Source of the DNA: an uncultured cyanobacterium | Lineage (GTDB): Bacteria > Cyanobacteriota > Cyanobacteriia > CAKZMO01 | Length of the DNA stretch: 64,000 nucleotides | NCBI GenBank assembly: GCA_963719515.1 | Contig: CAVRCJ010000013.1 | Span: forward strand, 160,001-224,000 | Direction: 5' to 3' | Part shown: one piece after another, positions 20,218 through 30,804 of the stretch | Position numbering within the stretch: position 1 is the first letter of the stretch | How the letters are laid out: the number at the start of each line of letters is the position of its first letter | Notes under the pieces: model-generated | What the model saw: only the letters and a program-made list of their open reading frames with translations | What the model was told of the DNA's origin: nothing | Databases searched by the model: none | Position numbers and translations under genes: made by a program

Positions 20218-20338
20218 GACTGCTAGATTAAACCAGTGGGTCTCTCACTGTAGCTCCCACGGCACATTATTTCATGTTTGGCAGCGGATTCAGCGATATT
20301 CCGCTCACTCTCTGTAGATTTAGTCAGACTTCTGCTCT

Positions 20339-21250
20339 ATGCAAACCATCCCTCCAGTCATCTCCGAACCCGGCCTCTACTGGCGCTGGCGAGGCCAGTC
20401 TATCTACTACGTGCGAGCAGGCGAACCCCAGCCTCAGCGCCCGCCACTTCTATTTGTGCATGGCTTCGGGGCCTCGACCGACCACTGGCGCAAGAACATT
20501 GCCCAGCTTAAAGAGTCCTTTGAAGTGTGGGCTATTGACCTGCTAGGCTTTGGCCGCTCGGCAAAGCCGGACCAGGTCTACAGCGGGGAGGTGTGGCGCA
20601 ACCAGCTACATGAGTTCATTACGGAGGTCATAGGTCGGCCTGCGGTACTGGCGGGCAATTCTTTGGGAGGCTACGCTTGCCTATGCGTGGCGGCCCAGCG
20701 TCCCGAGTCGGCGGCAGGGCTAGTGCTGATCAACAGCGCCGGACCTTTTAGCAATACCACACCGGTCGTCAAAAGCCCCATGGCTGAGGCTTGGAGCACC
20801 TTAGTCCGCAGCGTATTGGGTCAACAGTGGGCCAGCTTTCTGCTGTTTCAGTATGTGCGCCAGCGGTGGATGATTCGCAAGACGCTGGCGCAGGTGTATG
20901 TGGACCAAAGCGCCATCACAGACCAGCTGGTCGAGGATATCTATCGCCCCTCCTGCGATGCGGGTGCTCCTGGCGTGTTTGCGTCGGTGTTTAGCTCGCC
21001 GCAGGGCGAAAATGTGGATCTGCTGCTGAGAGAGATGCGCTGTCCGCTGCTGATGCTTTGGGGGGAGGGTGATCCTTGGATTCGAGCGCGGGAGCGCAGC
21101 GTTAAGTTTCGGGAGGTGCGCCCTGAACTGACGGAGCATTTTTTGAATGCGGGGCATTGCCCTCACGATGAGGTGCCGGAGCAGGTAAACCAGCTGCTTA
21201 CAGATTGGGTGTTGCAGGAATGTGCGCCTGGGGGAGGGGATTTTTCGTAG
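20339..21250 (+). CDS. Alpha/beta fold hydrolase (pheophytinase-like)
   Basis: HGFGAS, GNSLGG nucleophile elbow, AGHCPHDEVPE. Confidence 0.9.
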   Translation: MQTIPPVISEPGLYWRWRGQSIYYVRAGEPQPQRPPLLFVHGFGASTDHWRKNIAQLKESFEVWAIDLLGFGRSAKPDQVYSGEVWRNQLHEFITEVIGRPAVLAGNSLGGYACLCVAAQRPESAAGLVLINSAGPFSNTTPVVKSPMAEAWSTLVRSVLGQQWASFLLFQYVRQRWMIRKTLAQVYVDQSAITDQLVEDIYRPSCDAGAPGVFASVFSSPQGENVDLLLREMRCPLLMLWGEGDPWIRARERSVKFREVRPELTEHFLNAGHCPHDEVPEQVNQLLTDWVLQECAPGGGDFS

Positions 21251-21296
21251 GATTTGGATAAATGGGGAATTGCGGTGAACGGGGGGGATGAGGGGC

Positions 21297-21326
21297 GGTG
21301 GGTTGCGCCAGCGTAACCCACCCTAC
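21297..21326 (-). repeat. GTAG-type REP element overlapping the recF stop codon
   Basis: Minus strand GTAG followed by imperfect palindrome GGTGGGTTACGC-TG-GCGCAACCCACC. Confidence 0.65.
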
Positions 21327-22438
21327 GGGGCTTCGACGATGGCTCCGCTCTTGACCGTCAACACTTGAGACGATCGCAGCCACTGGGCGTCAAACGCCCC
21401 CAAATGCGTTGTGGTGATGACGGTTTGGAAGCGCTCTTGAATTGCATCTAGCAGGTGGTTTTGCCGCGTTAGGTCTAGCTCTGCTAGCACGTCATCTAGC
21501 AACAGCAGCGGCGGCTCCCCCACCACCGTCTCAATCAACATCAGCTCCGCCAGCTTTAGCGACAGCACTAGGGTGCGCTGCTGCCCCTGCGACCCATACT
21601 GACGGGCGGGGGTGTCATTGATGATGAATTCAACGTCGTCGCGGTGCGGCCCTACGAGTGAGGTGCCCTGGTGGGTTTCGGCGGTGGCCCGCTCCTGTAT
21701 CCTCTCCAGGAAAACCTGTTGAATCACCTGGGGATCATCGCTGCCGGTAGAGACATTGGGACCGTAGTCTATCGTCAGGGCTTCGCTGCCGTGGCTAATG
21801 GCCTGATGCCAACGCTGGGCAATCGGGGTAAGGCGGCGGATGACGCGGGCGCGGCGGCGGATGACGCGGGTGCCCGTGGCGGCCAGCTGGGCATCCCACA
21901 GGGCCATCTGCGACTGTTCGGGCGCGACGCCCGTGGACTGCTTGAGCAACGCGTTGCGCTGCCGCAAAACCTGGTGATACTCCTGGAGGATGTAGGCATA
22001 GACCGGTTCGAGCTGCATCAGCAGCGTATCGAGCCAGCGCCGCCGCCCGCTGGGACTACCCCGCACCAGATCCAAATCCAGGCTAGAAAACTGCACCGCG
22101 TTCATCAGGGGCAAAAAGTCGAGCTGCCGCCTCAGGGTCTCGCCATTTACCGCCACGGTGCGGCGGCCGCTTTTGCGCAGGGTCATGCTCAGGCTGACGG
22201 GACCGCTATCCCGCTTGAGCCGGGCGTCGATGCGCCCCGCTGTTTCCGGGTCCATCACCAGCTCTCGGTCCCGTAAGGCCCGGTGCGATCGCAAGCTGGC
22301 GAGCAGCTCCACCGCTTCTAACAGGTTGGACTTTCCCTGAGCGTTATTGCCCACCACAATGGTTTTCGGGGCAGTGAACGACACCATCTGATCGGCGTAG
22401 TTGCGAAACTGGTAGAGGTGGAGAAGCTCCAGGTACAT
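21323..22438 (-). CDS. recF: DNA replication/repair protein RecF
   Basis: FRNY, GNNAQGKSN, GPHRDD, SQGQQR, LLLDDVLAELD. Confidence 0.97.
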   Translation of the reverse strand: MYLELLHLYQFRNYADQMVSFTAPKTIVVGNNAQGKSNLLEAVELLASLRSHRALRDRELVMDPETAGRIDARLKRDSGPVSLSMTLRKSGRRTVAVNGETLRRQLDFLPLMNAVQFSSLDLDLVRGSPSGRRRWLDTLLMQLEPVYAYILQEYHQVLRQRNALLKQSTGVAPEQSQMALWDAQLAATGTRVIRRRARVIRRLTPIAQRWHQAISHGSEALTIDYGPNVSTGSDDPQVIQQVFLERIQERATAETHQGTSLVGPHRDDVEFIINDTPARQYGSQGQQRTLVLSLKLAELMLIETVVGEPPLLLLDDVLAELDLTRQNHLLDAIQERFQTVITTTHLGAFDAQWLRSSQVLTVKSGAIVEAP

Positions 22439-22678
22439 AAGGGCGCTAGAGGGGGGCGCTAGGGGGCCGTGCCATTGCCTATCTTACCGTTAGCCCCGAC
22501 TGCCGCCTCAAAGCTGCCTCAAAGGATGTTATCCCAGAAAGGATTTGCGATACGATTGGAGATCTGAAGATTTAAGCCGCCGTAACCAAGCTCATCCCTG
22601 AGCGCTAACGCCATTGGGGCTGTCGGTCTCAGCCCTCAATGAAGCTGCCCAGTTCTTTAAGACAAGGATTACCAATTC

Positions 22679-23743
22679 ATGGATATGACAGCGTTGGTGT
22701 TACTCATTGCTGGGCTGGCGCTGTTGGTTGTAGGTGCGGAGGTGCTGGTGCGGGGGGCGTCGCGGATCGCCGTTCTACTGCGCATTTCCCCACTAATTAT
22801 TGGCCTCACTATTGTGGCTTATGGAACTAGCGCCCCGGAAATGGCGGTGAGCATTCAGTCGAACCTGGCAGGAGAGGCGGGCATCTCGGTGGGCAACGTG
22901 GTGGGCAGCAACATCGTCAACGTGCTGCTAATTTTGGGGATCTCCTCGGTGGTGGTGCCGCTGGTGGTGGCGCAGCAGCTGATTCGCCTCGATGTGCCCA
23001 TCATGATTGGGGTGTCGGTGCTGCTGCCGTTCTTGGCGCTAGATGGAAACCTGGGCAAGCTGGACGGCGGGCTGCTGTTTGCAGGGGCGGTAGTCTACAC
23101 CTGGTTTTTGTTTCGCGAGGGGCGGGAAGAGGATCTAGACGTCGAGACGACTGCCGGGACATCGCGATCGCTGCGGCCTTGGATTGTCAATATTGGTCTG
23201 GTTTTGGGGGGCGTCGTCATGCTGACCCTAGGGTCGAATTGGCTGGTGGAAGGCGCGATTATCCTGGCTCAGGCAATTGGGGTGAGCAACTTCGTCATTG
23301 GCTTGACGGTGGTGGCCCTGGGGACGTCGCTGCCGGAGTTAGTGACCTCGGTAGTGGCGAGCATGAAAGGGGAGCGGGATATGGCGGTGGGCAATGTGGT
23401 AGGCAGCAATATCTTTAATATTTTGGCGGTGCTGGGGGTGGCGAGCCTGATCTCCCCTGGCGGCATCGACGTGTCTCCGGCGGCGCTGAATTTCGACATT
23501 CCGGTGATGATTGCGGTGGCGGTCGCCTGTTTGCCCATCTTCTTTTCAGGAAACGTGATTTCCCGCTGGGAGGGGTGGCTGTTTTTGGCCCACTACGCGG
23601 CCTATACGACCTATCTCATTCTCAAAGCGACGGATCACGATGCCCTGCCGATTTTTAGTACGGTGCTGATCGTGTTTGTCATTCCGCTGACGGTGATTAC
23701 GCTGATGACGATCTCGTGGCGGTCGATGCACAAAGCAAGGTAG
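22679..23743 (+). CDS. Calcium/sodium antiporter (YrbG/CaCA family)
   Basis: Two alpha repeats, GTSAPE and GTSLPE, each followed by GNVVGSNI. Confidence 0.92.
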   Translation: MDMTALVLLIAGLALLVVGAEVLVRGASRIAVLLRISPLIIGLTIVAYGTSAPEMAVSIQSNLAGEAGISVGNVVGSNIVNVLLILGISSVVVPLVVAQQLIRLDVPIMIGVSVLLPFLALDGNLGKLDGGLLFAGAVVYTWFLFREGREEDLDVETTAGTSRSLRPWIVNIGLVLGGVVMLTLGSNWLVEGAIILAQAIGVSNFVIGLTVVALGTSLPELVTSVVASMKGERDMAVGNVVGSNIFNILAVLGVASLISPGGIDVSPAALNFDIPVMIAVAVACLPIFFSGNVISRWEGWLFLAHYAAYTTYLILKATDHDALPIFSTVLIVFVIPLTVITLMTISWRSMHKAR

Positions 23744-24598
23744 TCCGCCGGTTGAAGGGGCCAGTGCTGACAGGGTGCGTCGGAGCAGTCGCTATCTGAG
23801 CAAAGGCAAACAAAGGCGCTGATGCGGCCTAAGGACATCACAGAATTTAGGCTCGCTTAGGAGAGTGCTAGATTTGTTTGCACGTGCAAAATTTTCATAA
23901 CTTAATAGATTTATTTGGTAACCTACTCGTTGAGGCTTTTGTTGGGATAGCGGAAAAAGGTGACTTTCTTCTCATCTACAGGGTGTAAAAGCAGCTCTTT
24001 TATGAAGTGCGATCGCCGCTATCAGCCACCACCAGTTGGCTGACTATCTCAATGTTCTTAGAGCTGCGCTACTCGTGAAGTATCAGAGCTACAACCGTCT
24101 CAATCTTTAGCCGTGACATACTCCCGACGCTCATTCTACGAATAGAGCGCGGGCTTCTTGGCTCGCGCACCACAAATGAATGGGTACCGCACAAGAAAGT
24201 TTCCTGCTTCTCCTGGTCTTGTCTAGCCAAACAGCAAGCTGTATGACCCCGATTAGATCCCATCCACAGGCAATTTATTTTACGTCCAGGCAATGACCAA
24301 CCCCAGACAGACTACTTTTTTGAGCTTCCTTTCTTCCAAAAACTGTGTCGCGTCACCGTTATGTTTTCTATGGGTGATATTTTTCTCGACGAACACTCTG
24401 GAGGGGTGGAAAACCTTGTAAACAGTTGATATGTATACATTCTAGCATGAATAAGGATTGTTCGCCTTTGGCTCACGCGCCTTTCATCCCGACGCTGATG
24501 CTGCGCATACAGCGCGGGACTTCCCGTCTAAGAGTTAAAAAGCAATAGTTCTATAAAGGCGAGTTTGAGGCAATAACCTTTAGAGAGAGGCAAAAACT

Positions 24599-26071
24599 AT
24601 GCTGCAAAGTAGAGAAAACGCAACGCTCAAAACGTTAGAGGGATATGATCTCTTCGTTTTTGGAGATAGTCTTTCCGATATTGGCACCCTGTTTACCTTG
24701 ACAGGGGGATTAATTCCCCCCAGCCCGCCTTACTTCGAAGGTCGTTTTTCTAATGGGCCTATTGCAGCCGAAGTTCTAGCAGATCAGCTCGGTGTGGGCC
24801 ATTCGCAGGCGACTAACTTTGCCGTTGGCGGGGCGCGGACTGGGCCAGGCAACAACCAGGACACCGACGCCGTTCAGTTTGGGGGTCTACTGACCCAAAT
24901 TGAACGCTTCTCTGCCCAGGCTGATGCGCTTGGTGCCGATGCGGAGGATCTTTACCTAATTTGGGCAGGTGGCAATGATTTTCTAGCGTTGGCCAGCGAC
25001 CCTTCTGCTGACCCAACGTCCGTCGTTGCGGAAGCCGTCTCAAACATTGTGACAGCAGTGACTAGCCTCGCGAGCTCCGGTGCCCAAGACATCGCGGTTA
25101 CCCTGCTCCCCAATTCGGGGCGAATTCCACTGAGCCTGCAGGCCAATTTGTTAGAGCCTTTGACCGCGTTAACTGTCGCATTCAACGGCGCTTTGTCAAA
25201 TGCTCTAGGTGCCTTAGAGAGCAGTATCGAGGGGGTCAATATCATCCTCACTGACCTCTTCCCCATCGCAGAGGCGATCGCTCAATCTCCGGGAGACTTC
25301 GGATTCGAGAATGTGGCCGAGCCCTATTTATCGGGCTTAATTCCAAGCGATCCAACTGCTGATCCTGATACATTTTTCTTTTGGGATCCTATTCACCCCA
25401 CAAGCCCTGCCCATGCCATCTTTGCTGAGGTCTTTTATGAGAGTTTTGTTACTGGCATTAGCGATGACATCAAGCTCATCGGCACGACCGACGCCGACAG
25501 GCTCGTCACCTTTAGCGGCGATGACACGCTGAGAGGACGTCAGGGTGATGACGTTTTGATCGGCAACCTGGGGAACGACCATCTCTATGGCAATGTTGGT
25601 TTGGATAGCCTACGGGGCGGTGAAGGCAATGATTTGCTCGACGGGGGTCTAAATGGCGATCGCCTTATTGGAGGCAGCGGTAACGATCTGTTGATGGGAC
25701 AACGGGGGCCAGATGTTCTCATTGGCGTCAATCCGAATTCGGAGAATCTAGGCAAGCGAGAGATTGACGTGATGGTTGGGGGCAAACAGGCAGATACTTT
25801 CGTTCTGGGTGATGAGGCTAGAAGTTTCTACGACGATGGCAATCCGAACAGACCTGGGCTGCGAGATTTTGCGCTTATTACCGATCTTCAGAGAAGAGAT
25901 ACCATTCAGCTCCATGGCGAGGCCAGTCGCTATACGTTGGCTGAGGCCCCAGCTTTTCTAGGATCGGGAACCGCAATCTTCCTAGATACCGAGGGCGATC
26001 GCGAGCTGATTGGTGTTGTGAGCGGCGATATTGCGCTGAGTCTCGATAGCCCCACAATCAGCTTCGTATAG
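24599..26071 (+). CDS. SGNH/GDSL lipase-esterase with RTX calcium-binding repeats
   Basis: FGDSLSD, RFSNG, NFAVGGA, GGND, WDPIHP catalytic blocks; GGxGND nonapeptide repeats. Confidence 0.9.
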   Translation: MLQSRENATLKTLEGYDLFVFGDSLSDIGTLFTLTGGLIPPSPPYFEGRFSNGPIAAEVLADQLGVGHSQATNFAVGGARTGPGNNQDTDAVQFGGLLTQIERFSAQADALGADAEDLYLIWAGGNDFLALASDPSADPTSVVAEAVSNIVTAVTSLASSGAQDIAVTLLPNSGRIPLSLQANLLEPLTALTVAFNGALSNALGALESSIEGVNIILTDLFPIAEAIAQSPGDFGFENVAEPYLSGLIPSDPTADPDTFFFWDPIHPTSPAHAIFAEVFYESFVTGISDDIKLIGTTDADRLVTFSGDDTLRGRQGDDVLIGNLGNDHLYGNVGLDSLRGGEGNDLLDGGLNGDRLIGGSGNDLLMGQRGPDVLIGVNPNSENLGKREIDVMVGGKQADTFVLGDEARSFYDDGNPNRPGLRDFALITDLQRRDTIQLHGEASRYTLAEAPAFLGSGTAIFLDTEGDRELIGVVSGDIALSLDSPTISFV

Positions 26072-26509
26072 ACGCAGCGGTTTCCTTCAACGTAACCGCT
26101 CCCCTTCAGCGGACTACCTTGGCCTTTCAGAAATGCGCCGGATTGCCGCGATCGCTTTTCTAGGGAAATCTACGGGGTCTGCTCCCCCGATTTTCCTGAA
26201 ACCCCGCGCTCATGGTGACTTCTACCTCCGCGAGCTCTTCCAAGAAAGCTTCCGCACGTCCGCATTGGAAAAACTGCCAAAATCTGCTGGCGCTTGCATG
26301 GCCTCGCTTTCGGTAGAGAGATACTGCCGGTAAAAAAAACCTCTTCTATCCCATTCCCTTTCCAATGGGGTCAATCAAAAAGGAATATAAGGCGTCGGTC
26401 ACCTGCAAATTTACTGATTTAGCTTTGCATGAACGCCAGAAGTTCACCGTATAACCTTCTAGACAGTTCAGCGCAGCTTCAGGCAGTTTGGATCCTATTG
26501 GAGGTTACT

Positions 26510-26704
26510 ATGCAACTCAATTATTGCGGCATCGACGTCGACTATTTTCCCGACGCTCAAGCAAACCGCTCGCCAACAATGGCCTGTGTCGCGAGAATTC
26601 CCGTCACAAGTAAAATGAAGCTATCTCCTAGAGCAGCAGGCCTGCTGGTTTCAGCCACGGCTACTGTAGAGCAGCCAGTCGCAATCGCGATGGAGGAAGA
26701 GTAG
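26510..26704 (+). CDS. Small 64-aa protein, N-terminus reminiscent of DUF4278
   Basis: GGAGG RBS just before ATG 26510; MQLNYCGIDVDY resembles the MxLxYRGxxY pattern. Confidence 0.5.
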   Translation: MQLNYCGIDVDYFPDAQANRSPTMACVARIPVTSKMKLSPRAAGLLVSATATVEQPVAIAMEEE

Positions 26705-26708
26705 CGTT

Positions 26709-29303
26709 CTATAGCCAGTTCCCCACCAGCACAAACGATGACCAGAAAACTGGAGCCCGATAGTCTGGGTCACCAAGCAAGGCCAGCTGAGCCCGCTGCA
26801 GCGCTTCAGCCTTAGAAATATTGGCATTGGCAAGCTCGTCGTAGAGATGGCTAACCAACAGGGCCCCCGACGCATCGTCTAAGCTCCACAGCGACGCTAT
26901 CGTACTGCGCGCCCCTGCCTGCACGGCAACCCCCGCTAACCCCAGCGCTGCCCGCCCATCTCCTGTAGCCGTCTCGCAAGCGCTCAAAATAAGCAGCTCG
27001 ATAGGCGCTTTGCGGGTTTCGTCGCCGGCTCTCAAAACGGCGCTGATTTCGTTGACGTTTAAGGGGCCGTCCCAGGTGAGAATAAACGTCTCGTCCGCTT
27101 GTGAGCTAAATTGTCCGTGGGTCGCCAAGTGCACAACCGGGTAGGGCGAGGATTCCACCTGCTCTCGCAGCGCTTCGCGGGTAAAAGCCTGATCCACAAG
27201 CACGCGGCTAGGGACTGTCGCTTCAACCTGCGCTAACTCTGCGCCCACGTTCTCCAAAGCGCCAAATCCATGCCGCGCCTCCGTCAGCCCGCCTGCTAAA
27301 GCTCTAATCCTTTGCTGCCTTAACGGTCTAGGGGCGATGAGCCGTAGGCCTGAGGTCAGGGCGATGCTGTAGTTTTCGACTAAATAGTGCTCTCCATCAA
27401 ACAGCGCCGCCATCGGCACCGAGCGCAAGACGCCATCCGGCACAAACACCAGGGTCTTCACCCCACTCTCCTGTAAGTCCACCTCAATCGGACGAATCAG
27501 CCACCCATACGCCACTTCACCTAGTGTCTTACCGGCAGGGGTAACGAAAGGGCGCGTCAAGTTTTGTCGTAGAGCGTCCAAAGTTTCCTTGACTTGTTCA
27601 CCGGGAACCTCAATTCTGCGGCGCTGGAGGGGGCGATCCGGCAGACTGACGATTACCTCCAGGCGATCGCTCAGAACAATGGGATAGATAATAGCTGCGT
27701 CGGTCTGGTCGATATCGTCTAAGGCGACCGTCTGCCCTTCTATACAGGCCGACTGAAAAAAGTTGTTGAGCTCCGCCAGCTGCAGCGACTCAATCACCTT
27801 GCGGGCCTGCTGCATCCGCGCAGGGGAGGGATAGTCGGGGCTGAGCAGCAGATCGACGTAATCGCGGTAGACAGGCTCTACGCTTTCCCGGAAAGAAAAC
27901 TGCTGGTCGGAGGCGATAGTGGCCAAATCGTAGCGCAAAGCCTGCAGGGACAAAAAAGCGCCCTCGTAAGCTGACATCGCTCCATCGCGCTGCCCCCGCG
28001 CCTTGAGAATGCGGCCTAGCTGCCACTGCCACTGGTAGGCAACGTCGTTAGCGTTTAGAGACTGGGCGATCAGCAGCGCGCCTTCCGTGACATCTTTGGC
28101 AATCGCCCACTGTCGGGTCGCTTCGTAGGCGCTACCCAAATAGCCCATAGCGTAGGCTTCGGCGTAGCGATCGCCGATGGCCTGGGCCTGCTGCATCGCT
28201 GTCCCCAGCAGAGCGGCGGCCTGCGCTATTGCGCCTGGCCGCCGTGACTGAATTAGATGATGGGCGAAACTAGTCTGGGCATAGAGGCTGGCGCGGCTTG
28301 GTGGTAGAGACTTGAACTGAAGCTGGAGAGAGTCCGCCAGGGTTTGTGCAGCGCCCCATGCCTTCATTTCTACGAGCAGGCTGAATTGATTTCCCCCCGC
28401 CTGAGCCTGCTGTAGGGAATCGGCGGCGATCGCCTCCGCCTGACGGTAGAACGCTAGGGCTTCTGAAGCCTGCTGCTGCCTTCGAGCGAGGTGTCCCAAG
28501 CTCAAGAGAAGGGCTGCTTGCTCCCGCAGCATAGACTGGGCTTGGGCGATTTCTAGGCACTGAGCAAAGGCCGCCGCTGCCGCATCGAAGTCGCCGATGA
28601 CCCGCAGCGTGTCTCCGAGGCTGTGCAGCCCTAACACCTGCAGCTCAAGGTCGCTCTGGTCTAGCTCGGTCTGAACCTGGTCGAGAACGCGGCGGGCCTG
28701 AAGGAAATAGCCCAACGATTGGAGGGTACGGGCCTGGTTGATGAGGCTACCGGTGTAGCGCCGGGGGTCGCCAGCCTGCTGGTAAAAAGCTCCAGCCCGT
28801 TGCCAGCTCTCTAGAGCAGGGGCGAGTGAGCCTTGAGCAAACTGCAGAGCCCCCTGGGTATTGAGCACCTGGCCCTGAATTACGAGGGTCTGGTGAGAGT
28901 CTTGGCTCCCACCGCTGGCTCGCCACTGCTTAAGCTGCTCTATGCTTTGAGCGATCGCCGCTGTTGCCTGCGGCCACTCGCCTGAGTACTGATGGGCTAG
29001 GGAGAGATAGCTGAGGGCCAGCGCCTGATGGAGGCGATCGCCCTGCACCTCAAAACTTTGGGCGGCAGATTGCCACGCGCCGATAGCTTCGCCAATCCGC
29101 TGACTTTGGTAGGCGGCTCGTCCCGCATCAAGCTGGTCTAGGGCCTGCTTTCCCGGCTCAGTAAGCCCCTGTTCAGCTGGCGTTGCCGATTGGACCTTGC
29201 CAAGGCCGACAAAAGTAGGGGCCGCGCCCTGAAAAACTGCGAGGAGTAGCGCCAGTGAGAACCCCACAACTAGGGAGCGCGATCGCCTTAGGAGCTGGAT
29301 CAT
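26709..29303 (-). CDS. TPR-repeat CHAT (caspase-like) protease with signal peptide
   Basis: Hydrophobic N-terminus, TPR-like helices, YQWQWQLGR, catalytic HLATHG and LSACET, PVFWSSFVLVGNWL. Confidence 0.92.
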   Translation of the reverse strand: MIQLLRRSRSLVVGFSLALLLAVFQGAAPTFVGLGKVQSATPAEQGLTEPGKQALDQLDAGRAAYQSQRIGEAIGAWQSAAQSFEVQGDRLHQALALSYLSLAHQYSGEWPQATAAIAQSIEQLKQWRASGGSQDSHQTLVIQGQVLNTQGALQFAQGSLAPALESWQRAGAFYQQAGDPRRYTGSLINQARTLQSLGYFLQARRVLDQVQTELDQSDLELQVLGLHSLGDTLRVIGDFDAAAAAFAQCLEIAQAQSMLREQAALLLSLGHLARRQQQASEALAFYRQAEAIAADSLQQAQAGGNQFSLLVEMKAWGAAQTLADSLQLQFKSLPPSRASLYAQTSFAHHLIQSRRPGAIAQAAALLGTAMQQAQAIGDRYAEAYAMGYLGSAYEATRQWAIAKDVTEGALLIAQSLNANDVAYQWQWQLGRILKARGQRDGAMSAYEGAFLSLQALRYDLATIASDQQFSFRESVEPVYRDYVDLLLSPDYPSPARMQQARKVIESLQLAELNNFFQSACIEGQTVALDDIDQTDAAIIYPIVLSDRLEVIVSLPDRPLQRRRIEVPGEQVKETLDALRQNLTRPFVTPAGKTLGEVAYGWLIRPIEVDLQESGVKTLVFVPDGVLRSVPMAALFDGEHYLVENYSIALTSGLRLIAPRPLRQQRIRALAGGLTEARHGFGALENVGAELAQVEATVPSRVLVDQAFTREALREQVESSPYPVVHLATHGQFSSQADETFILTWDGPLNVNEISAVLRAGDETRKAPIELLILSACETATGDGRAALGLAGVAVQAGARSTIASLWSLDDASGALLVSHLYDELANANISKAEALQRAQLALLGDPDYRAPVFWSSFVLVGNWL

Positions 29304-30328
29304 CCCGTTGTTGTCATGACCTGATAGGTTTTTAGCGCTAGGAAGGGATGCCGCAGGTGGGTGCCGACCACCCGGCTACAGAGCAAGTTGCAGGTCGAGG
29401 CTGCGGAACACTGCCGGATTTCTTCGTGGTTGAGCTGCGCCAAGAGCGTGGGCAAAGGCTTGTCGAGCAGCGACTCGGTTTTGGGTAAGGCTAGGCAGGG
29501 GGCCACCCGCCCGGAGCAGTCAATAGCAATGCCGTGGCGCCCGGCGTCGCAGGGGGGAAGCCCAAGGCCCTGCAGCCAGCGGATATTTTCTTTGATGTAC
29601 TGCCGGTAGTAGCCGTCAGGGATATGAGGAGAGTGCAGCAGGCGCTCGAAAAGTCGGAGAATATCTGGCGTTTCGTACTGCAGGTCCTCATCCACTTTGC
29701 CGTAGCGGGAGACATCCCAGTGATAGGCTCCGACCACGGGAGTAAAGCCGCGATCGCCCGCAAATTCGACCACCGCTTCCACATCGCCCAGATTTTTCTG
29801 GCTGACGACGCAGGTTAGATACTTGGGGTGGGGGTAGTTCTCTAAAAGTGAAATCCCCTTGAGGACGGCGGGGAGCTGATCGCGGCCGCGAATATAGGCA
29901 TAGCGCTCGCGGTCGAGGCTATCTAAACTAATAGAAATAGAGACGCCCAAGTCCTTTAGGGTAGCCACCTTTGCCGGGGTGAAACAGGTGCCGTTGGTCA
30001 CCAAGCTGAGGTTGTAGCCCATCGCGTTGAGATCGACAAGAATGTCCATCAGGTCCCGCCGCAGCATAGGCTCTCCGCCTTGGATAAGCAAAAACCGGAG
30101 TCCCTCCTCATAGAGGTGAGAAAAGACGCGCTGGATCTCCTCGCGGGTCATTTCGTAATGCCCTTTGTTGAGCTCCAGGTTGCAGTAGCGACAGGCAGAG
30201 TTGCAGCGCAGGGTAATTTCCACAACCGCCAGCAGCGGTCGGCCCGCGATCGCGTTGAGAGCAGGTTTGACGAGGGTCGATAGGGCCACGGAGAATGCCT
30301 CTAGGACTGATATGCTGAAGCGCAGCAA
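29300..30328 (-). CDS. Radical SAM enzyme with SPASM/twitch-like C-terminus
   Basis: CNSACRYC (CxxxCxxC), GGEP, VTNG, ISLDS; C-terminal CDAG...GRVAPC...C-x5-C-x3-C. Likely start GTG 30289; stop overlaps the CHAT start (ATGA). Confidence 0.88.
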   Translation of the reverse strand: MLRFSISVLEAFSVALSTLVKPALNAIAGRPLLAVVEITLRCNSACRYCNLELNKGHYEMTREEIQRVFSHLYEEGLRFLLIQGGEPMLRRDLMDILVDLNAMGYNLSLVTNGTCFTPAKVATLKDLGVSISISLDSLDRERYAYIRGRDQLPAVLKGISLLENYPHPKYLTCVVSQKNLGDVEAVVEFAGDRGFTPVVGAYHWDVSRYGKVDEDLQYETPDILRLFERLLHSPHIPDGYYRQYIKENIRWLQGLGLPPCDAGRHGIAIDCSGRVAPCLALPKTESLLDKPLPTLLAQLNHEEIRQCSAASTCNLLCSRVVGTHLRHPFLALKTYQVMTTTG

Positions 30329-30363
30329 GGCAAAAGCCGTTTCGCCTCAGCGTTTTGGCGCTT

Positions 30364-30780
30364 TTATGGTAGCACGGGGATATCGTCTAGCCAGTCAATA
30401 TCGTCTTGAAAGCAGCCGTGCTGCTGCCAGGATTCCTGCAGGGCATCTTCTCGCGCTTGGCGCTCACGTCTGCGATAGCTCGGGTCAGCGGATATGGCGC
30501 GGGCGACGAGCCCATCAACCTGACCCACCTGCTCTCTGTTTTCGCTCGTTGCGCCGAGGTAGGTGACCCAGGTTTTAGGGTCCATAGCGCCCTTCTTGCT
30601 ATTGCACTCTAGGCAAGCCGTTACAAGGTTTTTCATCTTGTCGGTGCCGCCTCGGGACTTAGGAATCACGTGGTCTAAGGTTAAGGCCTCGGCCTTGACT
30701 CGCTTGTGGCAGTAGACGCAGCGAAAGCCATCGCGGCGGTAAACCTTCAAGCGGTGCTTCATGTGGTTTGTTGAGGCCAT
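30364..30780 (-). CDS. HNH endonuclease
   Basis: RDGFRCVYC, TLDHVIPKSRGG, NLVTACLECNSKK; RBS-like AAAGGTGG upstream. Confidence 0.9.
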   Translation of the reverse strand: MASTNHMKHRLKVYRRDGFRCVYCHKRVKAEALTLDHVIPKSRGGTDKMKNLVTACLECNSKKGAMDPKTWVTYLGATSENREQVGQVDGLVARAISADPSYRRRERQAREDALQESWQQHGCFQDDIDWLDDIPVLP

Positions 30781-30804
30781 AATATCCACCTTTCTCTTGC
30801 AGAG

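Noticed and set aside
26380..26510. Glutamine riboswitch upstream of the DUF4278-like ORF
   Set aside because: The conserved CGTT...GGAAG...GAAGGAACG elements were not found
30364..30780. HNH as IscB/HEARO, a TIGR-Tas effector or a group II intron remnant
   Set aside because: Only 138 aa; no PLMP, RuvC, Nop or RT motifs and no repeat array nearby
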